Source: Candidatus Dadabacteria bacterium (GTDB lineage Bacteria > Desulfobacterota_D > UBA1144 > Nemesobacterales > CSP1-2). From it: a stretch of 26,284 nucleotides of DNA. The number at the start of each line of letters is the position of its first letter. Position 1 is the first letter of the stretch. Location: positions 2,300 to 28,583 of the forward strand of contig PSLL01000033.1 of NCBI GenBank assembly GCA_040289575.1, written 5' to 3'. Shown here piece after piece: positions 1 through 8,683 of the stretch. The position numbers were made by a program, and so were the translations under genes. Below the pieces are notes generated by a model. It saw only the letters and a program-made list of their open reading frames with translations. It was not told the origin of the DNA and did not search any database.

Positions 1-752
1 CGAAAGAGGTCATTATCGGGATTCCTCAAGAGCTTCTTTGCGCCTTCTGGGCTCTTTTCATAATCGTATCCTCTTACAATAACAACGGGAACACCCTCCG
101 TCTTTCCCATAACGAGTCCTGCCGCCGCTGAAATCTCATCTGCTATAGCAATGACTGTTGCGTGAAGGTCGTAACCCTTTGAATCCTCTTTCCCCCTGTA
201 ATCCTTGAGGGGATTTATCCCATAGCATCCAATTGCAATCTGGACAAGTCCCTCCCTCCAAGGTCTTCCCACCGTATCCGTTATTATAACCGACACATCA
301 AGGCCGAGTTCATTTCTGAATCCCTCTGCAAGCCCCCTTGCAGATTGGTCGGGATTATCGGGAAGAAGGGTCACCTCTTCTCCCCCGCTTACATTCGACA
401 TATCCACACCGGCATTGGCACAAACTATCCCCTTTGTATTCTCCACTATAAGTCTACCCCTATCCATTTTCACTATTCTTTGGGATTCTCTAAGTATTAT
501 TTCCACAAATCGAGGGTCTTTGTCAAGCAGTTTTGATACCGCTATGGAGAAATGAGAAGGGGAAACATCATTAACCCTTACAATCCGTCCCTCCGACTTT
601 GAAACTACCTTCTGGGCAAAAACAATAATGTCTTTATCTTGAATTGATATATCTTGATTAAATGCGGCATCGATCACCATCTTTACCAAGTTATCTCCGG
701 GCTTAATCTCAGGAATTCCTGAAATGGGTATGATAGATATAACATCTGGCAT
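1..752 (-). CDS. cofE: Coenzyme F420-0:L-glutamate ligase; stop codon lies just outside the window
   Basis: Absent from the ORF track because it runs off the edge. Manual translation from ATG at 752 gives MPDVISIIPISGIPEIKPGDNL...QKVVSKSEGR...VCANAGVDMSN...DTVGRPWREG...AIADEISAAAGLVMGK...DLFR, which are CofE motifs. Adjacent to cofD. Confidence 0.93.
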   Translation of the reverse strand, partial: MPDVISIIPISGIPEIKPGDNLVKMVIDAAFNQDISIQDKDIIVFAQKVVSKSEGRIVRVNDVSPSHFSIAVSKLLDKDPRFVEIILRESQRIVKMDRGRLIVENTKGIVCANAGVDMSNVSGGEEVTLLPDNPDQSARGLAEGFRNELGLDVSVIITDTVGRPWREGLVQIAIGCYGINPLKDYRGKEDSKGYDLHATVIAIADEISAAAGLVMGKTEGVPVVIVRGYDYEKSPEGAKKLLRNPDNDLF

Positions 753-884
753 TTTTATGTTCTAAAGACGACTAGTCTTATCTAAACATCACTATTATAC
801 CCTATCCTTCTCCTCGGAAACCCCAGGGTTTAAAAAGTAAGAGCTTCCTAGCAAAATCAAAGGTCTGTCTCTCACAATTAGATC

Positions 885-1817
885 CTAATTATCAAAAAGC
901 TCCAAAACCCTCTGTGCGAGCCTACGGGCTTTTTCATCATTTGACATTACCGTATCGGCAACTAGGGGCTTTATTCCGATTGACCTTATTCGATCTGTCT
1001 CAAGGGCATCCTTTTCATCAATCACAATCTTATCTAAAAAATCCTTATAAAGCCTAGCTACTGCGGCCGATGACACCTCCAAGCCTAATCCGCGCATTAG
1101 CCTGTCTGCGGGGCCCTTTAATGGCACACCGCCTACAAGTGGGCTTATTGCAACGACCTTAGTTTTTGCTCTCTGAAGCGTCTCTCTAATCCCCTGAACC
1201 GCAAGTATTGGACCAATGCTTATAATAGGATTACTTGGGCAAATTATTATCCCCCTAGCTTCCTCTACTGCCTGAACAACTCCAGGGGCGGGTTTTGCCT
1301 TTTCTATCCCTTTTATGGATATTTCTTTTACCTTGGGGTTCATTCTCCTCTTAATCAGATACTCCTGAAAGTGCATTTCTCCCTCATCGGCTATTATCCA
1401 TGTCTCTACATCATCATCGGTCATAGGAAGAATTTTTATATTATTGATTCGGAAGGCTTTGGCTATCCTGGAGGCGATCTCAGAGGGAGGGAGTCCGATA
1501 CTTCTTAAATGAGTCCGGTATATGTGGGTCGCAAAATCTCGGTCTCCAATATTGAACCAGGTTTCGATGCCAAATCTCTCAAGCGACTTGAGACAGTGGA
1601 ATGAATCTCCTCTAATCCCCCAGCCCTTTTCCCTATCCACAACCCCTGAGAGCCAGTATATAATCGTATCAACATCCGGGGATATTCTTAGTCCAGATAT
1701 TTGTATATCATCTCCGGTATTAACTATCACAGTAAGTGATTCATTTCGGAGAATTTGGGAGAGGCCCTTTAGAAACTTAGCGGCTCCAACCCCTCCGCCA
1801 AGGGCTGTAATCATCAC
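885..1817 (-). CDS. cofD: 2-phospho-L-lactate transferase (F420 biosynthesis)
   Basis: GGGVGAAKFL, VNTGDD, SPDVDT, WFNIGDRD, HFQEY, PSNPIISIGPIL and KGPAD motifs. Start is GTG 1817 or ATG 1814. Confidence 0.95.
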   Translation of the reverse strand: MMITALGGGVGAAKFLKGLSQILRNESLTVIVNTGDDIQISGLRISPDVDTIIYWLSGVVDREKGWGIRGDSFHCLKSLERFGIETWFNIGDRDFATHIYRTHLRSIGLPPSEIASRIAKAFRINNIKILPMTDDDVETWIIADEGEMHFQEYLIKRRMNPKVKEISIKGIEKAKPAPGVVQAVEEARGIIICPSNPIISIGPILAVQGIRETLQRAKTKVVAISPLVGGVPLKGPADRLMRGLGLEVSSAAVARLYKDFLDKIVIDEKDALETDRIRSIGIKPLVADTVMSNDEKARRLAQRVLELFDN

Positions 1818-2024
1818 ACTAACCTTCTTGAGATTTGATCGGCGTAAGACAGAGATTTAATTTGGGCTTATTCCATCCTAATGCCAGATTCGAGGTTTAG
1901 AATATGTAAGACGGTACTAACTGTCAAGCTTTGATTTAACTCATGTTATGCATCCATACACTTAAGTGGTGTCATTCCTAATTAAAACCCTTGGGAATGC
2001 ATAATATGAAACTTAGACTTAAAA

Positions 2025-2080
2025 ACAGACAAGAATGTCTGTTCCATCTTAATCATGGTAGGTTAGACATTCCTGTCTGA
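2025..2080. repeat. Inverted pair of short palindromic REP-like units
   Basis: ACAGACA-AGAA-TGTCTGT (2025-2042) and GGTAGGTTAGACATTCCTGTCTGA (2057-2080). The second is an imperfect reverse complement of the first and carries a GTAG foot. Confidence 0.6.
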
Positions 2081-2099
2081 CAATCCTCGCGTTAGGCAA

Positions 2100-2366
2100 T
2101 TATGGCTTTCCGTTATCGGGCCGACAGCGGTTACCCACTGGATAGTCCGGGTGATAGTGATGGGGCTTTGGGAGTGAAATACATTTGAGACATGCCCCAC
2201 GCTCGCCGCTTTTTGCAGTACCCGGCAGTTTCTCACAGTCAGCGGCTGTGCGAGATTCATGCCCATTGCTGTGAGCAAATGCAACAGGCGCTATGCCCAG
2301 AAGCAACGGTAAGACCATTACAATCCCAAACCCGCGAAACAGAAACGATTTCTTCTGACTCTTCAT
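2100..2366 (-). CDS. Small secreted Cys/His-rich hypothetical protein (88 aa)
   Basis: GGAGG Shine-Dalgarno (SD) 6 nt before ATG; basic N-terminus, hydrophobic core and AFA|H signal-peptidase site; mature part has 4 Cys (including CxxC) and HHYH. Confidence 0.75.
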   Translation of the reverse strand: MKSQKKSFLFRGFGIVMVLPLLLGIAPVAFAHSNGHESRTAADCEKLPGTAKSGERGACLKCISLPKPHHYHPDYPVGNRCRPDNGKP

Positions 2367-2516
2367 GGTATTCCTCCGTTTTTTGGATTTTTGTGTTTAA
2401 ACTCTATTACTTAAGAAAGGTTGCTATTGTCGAGAAAATTTCTCTATTTCACATTAATTCGGAATAAACTTTCTGAAAATGTTAACTCTAGATTGAGAAA
2501 GCGGGTACCGTCAAAC

Positions 2517-2708
2517 CTAAATCTTTAGAATATCGTTCTTTATAAACTTTTTATACCAGACATCAAATGTGCCTTTGTCCGCAAAATGGATTTCAAAGGG
2601 AGCGGCAATATCCCCTATTTCTCTATCTGCAACTATTAACATTTGAGAAACCTCTTTTCCGAGAAACTCAGTAGGAAAGTACCTTGAAGTGATATAAGCA
2701 GATTCTAT
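2517..2708 (-). pseudogene. Relic of a HEPN/minimal-nucleotidyltransferase (MNT) toxin-antitoxin pair
   Basis: Stop-to-stop frame reads IESAYITSRYFPTEFLGKEVSQML-IVADREIGDIAAPFEIHFADKGTFDVWYKKFIKNDILKI*. AYITSRY resembles a HEPN C-terminus and APFEIH...WYKKFI resembles an MNT C-terminus. No start codon for the HEPN part. Confidence 0.55.
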
Positions 2709-2808
2709 TTAGAAAATAGTAGGAGCGCACACACGCACATGTAGAGTCATCATACATGGGTAATTCCAGAACAATTTAGATTAGAATCAACTAAGAATCA
2801 ATCTCATT

Positions 2809-2849
2809 AAAAGCTACCTTGCCCGCCTTTTATGGAAATGGTAGCTTTT
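2809..2849 (+). promoter_or_regulatory. Probable sigma70 promoter for aroA bracketed by a 10-bp inverted repeat
   Basis: TTGCCC(2819-2824)-17 bp-TAGCTT(2842-2847) with TG extension; AAAAGCTACC (2809-2818) / GGTAGCTTTT (2840-2849); ATG lies 8 nt after the -10 with no SD. Confidence 0.45.
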
Positions 2850-2855
2850 TAGCCT

Positions 2856-4148
2856 ATGTCTAAGGAAGTTATTAAAGGCGGCTTTCCTTTAAGAGGAGAA
2901 TTTACTCCTCCCGGCGACAAATCCATCTCACATAGAGCAATTATTATCGGGTCTCTTGCGAAAGGCACGACTCATATCAAGGGTTTTCTCTTAAGCGACG
3001 ATACGCTGTCGAGTGCAAATGCCATGGGGATGCTCGGCATTCCGATTGAGATTCAAGATGGTAATGTCGAGATAAAAGGAAAAGGGCTTTTTGGGCTGAG
3101 TGAACCGGGGGATTTCATTGATGCGGGAAACTCGGGGACTACGGCAAGGCTGCTTATTGGACTCCTGAGCGCGCAGAGATTCTTCTCCGCAATAACCGGG
3201 GATAAATACTTGAGAGTGAGACCCATGGATAGGGTTGTAAAGCCCCTGACGATGATGGGAGGGAAAATCTGGGGAAGAGACGAAGGCAAAAGGCTTCCCA
3301 TTGCCATTCAGGGCGCAAAATTATCCGCCATCAAGTATCAGTCGCCAGTATCAAGCGCACAGGTAAAATCCGCCATCCTTCTTGCCGGACTCTATGCAGA
3401 GGGAGAAACAGAGGTTATAGAGCCTGTCCCTACAAGAGACCACACAGAGAGAATGCTTTCATATCTAGGTGTGGATGTTATAAAAAACGGGACGGGCGTT
3501 AGAATTAAAAACGCAGGGGAGTTTAAAGGCGTAGAGGTCTCGGTCCCGGCCGATATTTCTTCGGCGGCGTTTTTTATTGTTGCCGCCCTCATTAACCCCG
3601 GCTCTGAAATTCTAATTAAGAACGTGGGAATAAACCCCTACAGAACAGGCATTATAGAGATTCTTAGAGAAATGGGAGGCGATATTGAAATACTCAATAA
3701 AAGAGAATCGGTGGGCGAGCCTGTGGGGGATATATTAGTCAGATCAAGCGTATTGAGGTCAGTCCAAATAAAGGGGGATATGATTCCAAAGGCAATTGAC
3801 GAGATTCCCGTAATCTCCGTCGCGGCGTGCTTTGCAGAAGGAGAAACGGTGATAAAAGATGCGAAAGAGCTCAGGGTAAAAGAGACCGACCGGATTCGGG
3901 CAATGACGACAGAGTTAAGAAAACTCGGTGCCCAAATTGAAGAACTCGATGACGGAATGACAATCATCGGTAAAGAGAACCTAAAGGGCGCGATGTGCTC
4001 AACCTGGGGGGATCATAGGATCGCAATGGCCATCGCCGTTGCGGGGAGCCGAGCCGAGGGTGTTACAGAGATTGAAGGTACTGAATGTGTATCTGTATCC
4101 TTTCATGGATTTTTTGATGTGATGAAAAAGCTCAAGAGCGAAAAATAA
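2856..4148 (+). CDS. aroA: 3-phosphoshikimate 1-carboxyvinyltransferase (EPSP synthase)
   Basis: PGDKSISHRA, GNSGTT, RPM, SAQVKSA, RDHTERML, ELRVKETDRI and DHRIAM motifs. Confidence 0.98.
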   Translation: MSKEVIKGGFPLRGEFTPPGDKSISHRAIIIGSLAKGTTHIKGFLLSDDTLSSANAMGMLGIPIEIQDGNVEIKGKGLFGLSEPGDFIDAGNSGTTARLLIGLLSAQRFFSAITGDKYLRVRPMDRVVKPLTMMGGKIWGRDEGKRLPIAIQGAKLSAIKYQSPVSSAQVKSAILLAGLYAEGETEVIEPVPTRDHTERMLSYLGVDVIKNGTGVRIKNAGEFKGVEVSVPADISSAAFFIVAALINPGSEILIKNVGINPYRTGIIEILREMGGDIEILNKRESVGEPVGDILVRSSVLRSVQIKGDMIPKAIDEIPVISVAACFAEGETVIKDAKELRVKETDRIRAMTTELRKLGAQIEELDDGMTIIGKENLKGAMCSTWGDHRIAMAIAVAGSRAEGVTEIEGTECVSVSFHGFFDVMKKLKSEK

Positions 4149-4153
4149 TTATC

Positions 4154-4292
4154 AGCCACGAATGAATACGAATTTAGATGAATAGAAGAATACAGAAAAC
4201 AGGGTACAGGATACATGGACTTGAGGTTTTTCCCTGTATTCTGTGTTCTGTATACTGTATCCTTCCTTTTTCATTCGTGTCAATCTGCGGCT
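4154..4292. repeat. Nested intergenic element: outer imperfect inverted repeat enclosing opposed heptamer arrays (copy 1)
   Basis: Outer arms AGCCACGAATGAATACGAAT (4154-4173) / ATTCGTGTCAATCTGCGGCT (4273-4292). Inner AATACAG AAAACAG GGTACAG GATACAT (from 4189) faces CTGTATT CTGTGTT CTGTATA CTGTATC (from 4234). Confidence 0.8.
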
Positions 4293-4303
4293 AAATAGGT
4301 ACG

Positions 4304-4981
4304 ATGAAAAAAGGCATTATTATAACAATTGATGGCCCCTCGGGGGCAGGAAAGGGAACGGTTGCCCAGGCCGTTGCAAAAAGGCTTGGGTTTTTATACA
4401 TGGATACAGGGGCTATGTATAGAGCCGTCGCGCTTTTAGTGCACAGAAATCTGACTAATCTAAATGACGAAAAAGAGCTTACGGAACTGATTCTCGGGGT
4501 CCATATCTCTTTTAAAACCAACTCCAATTACAACTTAAGGGTATTTCTCGGTGAGGAGGATGTAACAGAAAAGATTAGAACACCGGAAATATCCCGCCTT
4601 TCCTCAGACATTGCTACAAAAAAGATCGTCAGGGATTTTCTCAAGGCGATGCAGAGGAGAATTGGGCGTGAGGGAAAAATAGTGGCAGAAGGAAGGGATA
4701 TGGGAACATACGTATTTCCCAATGCGGATTTTAAATTCTACATTGATGCGTCTCCTGATGAGCGGGCAAAAAGGAGGTGGCTTCAATTAAAAGAGAGCGG
4801 AATCAAAGCGGATATAGAGGACATAAAGAAAGAGATTGAAATGAGGGATAGGCAGGATATGGAGAGGCGTGAATCGCCCTTGCATCCCGCCTCAGATGCA
4901 GTCATAATAGATACTACAAACCTTAAAGCGGATGAAGTGGTAGAAAAGATAATTAAGACCATTGAGGAGGCAAAAATATAA
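4304..4981 (+). CDS. cmk: Cytidylate kinase
   Basis: IDGPSGAGKGT, DTGAMYRA, EGRDMGT and RDRQD..R..SPL motifs; follows aroA. Confidence 0.97.
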   Translation: MKKGIIITIDGPSGAGKGTVAQAVAKRLGFLYMDTGAMYRAVALLVHRNLTNLNDEKELTELILGVHISFKTNSNYNLRVFLGEEDVTEKIRTPEISRLSSDIATKKIVRDFLKAMQRRIGREGKIVAEGRDMGTYVFPNADFKFYIDASPDERAKRRWLQLKESGIKADIEDIKKEIEMRDRQDMERRESPLHPASDAVIIDTTNLKADEVVEKIIKTIEEAKI

Positions 4982-5842
4982 ATGAAAAAAATCATACTGG
5001 CTGAGAGCGCTGGTGTTTGTTTTGGCGTAGAGAGGGCACTCAAAAAGTCATACGAGGTTACGGATAAATCGGATGGCGAGGTCTATTCATTAGGACCTAT
5101 AATACATAATCCACAGGTCGTAAAGCACCTGGAAGAGAAAGGCGTAAAGGTTATCGGGAGATTAGAAGACGCCCACGGCGGTACGGTTATGATCCGTGCT
5201 CATGGCGTACCAGTAGGAACCCTAGGCACTCTAAAAGAGCGCGGGCTCAGTGTTGTTGATCTTACGTGTCCTATTGTGAAGAAGCTTCAGCATTCCGTAA
5301 AAAAGCTGGCCGAAGAGGGGTATTTTATAGTGATAGTCGGAGACAAAAAACATCCTGAAATTATAGGTGCAATGAGCTATGCAGACCCGGAAAGCGTAAC
5401 GGTTGTAGAGAGTAAATCAGAACTTGAAGAATGGGTATTTACAAAGAAAAAGGTGGGCATTGTCGCTCAGACTACGATTGCATTTGACAGGTTCCGTGAG
5501 GTAGTAGATACGTTTCTTGAAATGAGCGTAGAGGAAATAAAGGTTTTCAATACTATCTGTGATGATATTTTTAACAAACAGCGAGAGGCTGTAGAGATTG
5601 CAAAATCCGTAGACGTAATGATTGTAATAGGCGGAAAGAACAGCTCAAACACAACGAAGATTGCAAAACTCTGTCATGAGGTAAATCCGAACACATACCA
5701 GATAGAAACCGTAGAAGAGGTTCGGTCCTTAGGATTTGATCTAAATGAAAAAACTATTGGCGTTACCGCCGGGGCATCAACCCCTTCGTGGATTATAGAG
5801 GAGATACTCCAAGGTCTAAGAGAAGGCAAAGAAAGGAGATAA
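4982..5842 (+). CDS. ispH: 4-hydroxy-3-methylbut-2-enyl diphosphate reductase
   Basis: GVCFGVERA, IIHNP, RAHG, DLTCP, HPE, QTT, NTIC, SSNT and TAGASTP motifs; three Fe-S Cys present. Confidence 0.96.
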   Translation: MKKIILAESAGVCFGVERALKKSYEVTDKSDGEVYSLGPIIHNPQVVKHLEEKGVKVIGRLEDAHGGTVMIRAHGVPVGTLGTLKERGLSVVDLTCPIVKKLQHSVKKLAEEGYFIVIVGDKKHPEIIGAMSYADPESVTVVESKSELEEWVFTKKKVGIVAQTTIAFDRFREVVDTFLEMSVEEIKVFNTICDDIFNKQREAVEIAKSVDVMIVIGGKNSSNTTKIAKLCHEVNPNTYQIETVEEVRSLGFDLNEKTIGVTAGASTPSWIIEEILQGLREGKERR

Positions 5843-5976
5843 AAGGGCTTTTAGAGAGGGTATATTATTAGATATATTATCACCGTAATCATGATACGGG
5901 AATGATTCGCGAGCTGTCCTCACAATTGCCTGTCTCGTTCAATAAATCAAATACAACTTATTATCTTGAAAAAGAG

Positions 5977-7668
5977 ATGCACACTATGACGGAAGAAGAA
6001 AAAAACTTTTCAGAGCTCCTTGAAGAAACCATGCGTGTTCCCGACAGGGGACAGATTTTTAAAGGTAAAGTTGTGCGTGTCGATGAGGAGGACGTATTTA
6101 TCGACTTCGGTTTTAAGTCCGAAGGAATTGTCCCTATCAGAGAATTCTATGTGAAGACCGGCGAGTCTAAGGTAAATGTAGGGGACGAGGTTGAGGTGGT
6201 ACTGGAGAAATGGACGGGTAAGGAAGGGATTCCTACACTCTCTAAAAAGAGAGCCGATCTCATTAAAGAGTTCGAAAGACTGGAGCGAATCTACGAAAGC
6301 GGAAAGTTAGTCATCGCAAAACCCATAGAAAAGGTAAAAGGTGGCCTCATTGCCGATGTGGGTGAAAAGATTGAAATAAGAGCCTTTCTCCCAGCCTCAC
6401 AGATTGATATAAGACCACATACTAAACTAGACCAGTTCATAGGAAAAACACTTGAAGTAAAGATTATAAAACTGTCAAATGAGGGAATTGTTCTATCAAG
6501 GAGAAATTATCTAGAAGAACAGAGGGAGATTCTTCGTGCCAGTGTTCTTTCCACACTGAAGGAGGGAAAGACCGTATCGGGTAGGATTGTAAAGATTATT
6601 AACCAAGGCGCTTCTGTAGATTTGGGCGGAGTCGAGGGGTTCATTCCCATAAGTGAGCTGTCGTGGGGAAGGATAAAACAGCCGGGGGACGTTGTTTCAG
6701 TAAATGAAGAAGTGAGAGTCAAGGTCTTAAAGATTGAAGAGAACGGGAAAATCTCTCTTAGTCTCAAACAGACCCGACCCGACCCATGGACTTCTGTTGA
6801 GAAAAGATACAAGCCGGGTGCCAAGGTAAGAGGTAAGGTAGTCTCAGCTACGGATTTCGGCGTGTTTGTAGAAATCGAGCCGGGCGTTGAGGGATTGGTT
6901 CACATATCTGAGATAACTTGGACAAAGCGGTTCAGACATCCAAAGGAGATAGTAAATGTGGGTAGTCGTGTAGAAGCTGTGGTGCTCGAGGTTGATGTTG
7001 ATAAAAGGCGGATGGCTCTTAGTCTAAGGCGCATCGAACGCAGTCCCTGGGAAATATTCAAGGAAAAGAACGCCCCCGGAACAAGGGTAAAGGGAAGGAT
7101 CAAGAACATCACGGATAGGGGTATATTCGTAGAGGTAGAAGGGGATTTGGTGGGGCTAATCCGCCCCAGCGATGTCTCTTGGAAGAATAACGTAAATCTG
7201 AAGGAAGGATTCAGAACTGGCGATGAAATTGAGGTCGTTGTACTTAGCGTAGATGAAAAGAACCAGAGAATCGGACTCGGCATCAAGCAACTTACAAAAG
7301 ACCCATGGGAGGATATCCTTGAAAGATACAAACCGCATGAGACCATTCTCAGTGGGAAAGTCAAGGATATTAAAGATAGGGGGATCGTTCTAGAGCTTGA
7401 GGGTGGAATTGAAGGGTTTATAAGGGCATCAGAATTTAGCCATGAAAAGATAATGGACTTATCCAAGTTCGTTAAAATCGGTGATGAGGTCACTGCTCAG
7501 GTGATCGGTTTTGAGAGGGAAAAACGCCGGGTCAATTTAAGCAAAAAGCAGTATGATGAGTGGACTGAGAAACAAAGGGTTTCAAATTTCCTTTCCTCTC
7601 AGGGGGAAGGATCGATAAAACTTGGGGATGTCTTAGGTGATAAATTAAAATCTCTAATAAAGGAATGA
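5977..7668 (+). CDS. rpsA: 30S ribosomal protein S1
   Basis: Six S1 repeats (GFKSEG, AFLPASQID, GFIPISELSW, EGLVHISEITW, ...LGIKQL..DPW). Start is more likely ATG 5977 or 5986 than 5902. Confidence 0.96.
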   Translation: MHTMTEEEKNFSELLEETMRVPDRGQIFKGKVVRVDEEDVFIDFGFKSEGIVPIREFYVKTGESKVNVGDEVEVVLEKWTGKEGIPTLSKKRADLIKEFERLERIYESGKLVIAKPIEKVKGGLIADVGEKIEIRAFLPASQIDIRPHTKLDQFIGKTLEVKIIKLSNEGIVLSRRNYLEEQREILRASVLSTLKEGKTVSGRIVKIINQGASVDLGGVEGFIPISELSWGRIKQPGDVVSVNEEVRVKVLKIEENGKISLSLKQTRPDPWTSVEKRYKPGAKVRGKVVSATDFGVFVEIEPGVEGLVHISEITWTKRFRHPKEIVNVGSRVEAVVLEVDVDKRRMALSLRRIERSPWEIFKEKNAPGTRVKGRIKNITDRGIFVEVEGDLVGLIRPSDVSWKNNVNLKEGFRTGDEIEVVVLSVDEKNQRIGLGIKQLTKDPWEDILERYKPHETILSGKVKDIKDRGIVLELEGGIEGFIRASEFSHEKIMDLSKFVKIGDEVTAQVIGFEREKRRVNLSKKQYDEWTEKQRVSNFLSSQGEGSIKLGDVLGDKLKSLIKE

Positions 7669-8561
7669 TTAAATTGCGAACCTTCCTGTTTGCAGTGACC
7701 GTTGTGATACTTATAGTTTTTGCCTTTATAGCCGGCTTAGGGCTTGGTCTTGTAATCTCCGGCGAGGATAGCTTTACTGGCGGCGAAAGGGTTGCCGTGC
7801 TCGAAGTCGATGGCATAATCCTCGATTCCCAGCCGTACCTTGAAAGCCTTTCTAAAATCAAAAAAGACGACAGGATTAAAGCAGTTGTTTTAAGGATTGA
7901 CTCTCCGGGTGGGGCGGTTGGTCCGTCTCAGGAAATCTATAGTGAGATTAAAAAGATAAGAGAAAAGAAGCCCATAATTGCCTCAATGGGATCAGTAGGT
8001 GCTTCGGGGGGATATTATATCGCATGCGCCGCAGAGAAGATAATTGCAAACCCCGGAACGATTACGGGGAGCATAGGTGTGGTTGCCGAGTTTACAAACT
8101 ATGAGCAACTCCTTAAATGGGCTAAGGTAGACGTTCAGGTAATAAAGAGCGGGGAATTTAAGGACGTAGGCTCGCCGTTTAGGGAAATGACCGATGCCGA
8201 GCGGAAATACATTCAAAATCTAATTGATAACGTCCACTCTCAGTTCGAACATGCCGTCTCAGAAGGAAGAGGGATTGATCTAAAAGACGTGGATAAAATC
8301 GCCGACGGGAGGGTATTTACTGGAGAGCAGGCAAAGAGCCTCAAGCTTGTTGATGAATTAGGCTCAATTAGTGATGCAATTCGTCTTGCAGGAGCTATGG
8401 GCGGAATAAAGGGTGAGCCCAATGTCGTTTATTATCCAAAGAAAAAGGTGAATATACTTGATTTCCTTCTTTCGAAATTTGAATCTCACGGACTCATAGA
8501 CGGGATTCCGATAAAAGAGCGTTTTGGACTTTTCTACCTTACCAATTTAGCCACTAATTAA
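7665..8561 (+). CDS. sppA: Signal peptide peptidase SppA, 36K type (S49)
   Basis: N-terminal transmembrane helix; RIDSPGG, ASGGYYIA, TITGSIGV, KSGEFKD and ADGRVFTG motifs; ATGA overlap with rpsA. Confidence 0.95.
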   Translation: MIKLRTFLFAVTVVILIVFAFIAGLGLGLVISGEDSFTGGERVAVLEVDGIILDSQPYLESLSKIKKDDRIKAVVLRIDSPGGAVGPSQEIYSEIKKIREKKPIIASMGSVGASGGYYIACAAEKIIANPGTITGSIGVVAEFTNYEQLLKWAKVDVQVIKSGEFKDVGSPFREMTDAERKYIQNLIDNVHSQFEHAVSEGRGIDLKDVDKIADGRVFTGEQAKSLKLVDELGSISDAIRLAGAMGGIKGEPNVVYYPKKKVNILDFLLSKFESHGLIDGIPIKERFGLFYLTNLATN

Positions 8562-8671
8562 AGGAGCAAGAATGAGAATAAATCGGGATGCATGATACAG
8601 AATACAAGTAAATCATGCATCGTGCATCATGAATCCTGCATCTTGTATATTCGTGTTCATTCGTGGCTAAA
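8546..8671. repeat. Nested intergenic element: outer inverted repeat enclosing opposed heptamer arrays (copy 2)
   Basis: TTTAGCCACTAAT (8546-8558) / ATTCGTGGCTAAA (8659-8671). Inner GATGCAT GATACAG AATACAA faces CATGCAT CGTGCAT CATGAAT CCTGCAT CTTGTAT. The right arm matches the reverse complement of the copy-1 left arm at 19 of 20 nt. Confidence 0.8.
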
Positions 8672-8683
8672 ATTTTTATCATC

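Noticed and set aside
345..536. 63-aa plus-strand ORF, and similar antisense ORFs such as 1522-1860, 3053-3967, 6507-7861, 12454-12837, 16528-16833 and 23221-24089
   Set aside because: They are shadows of well-supported genes on the opposite strand and have no motifs or SD.
4154..4292. CRISPR array interpretation of the repeats here and at 8546-8671
   Set aside because: Units are 7-10 nt, tandem and inverted, with no unique spacers and no cas genes.
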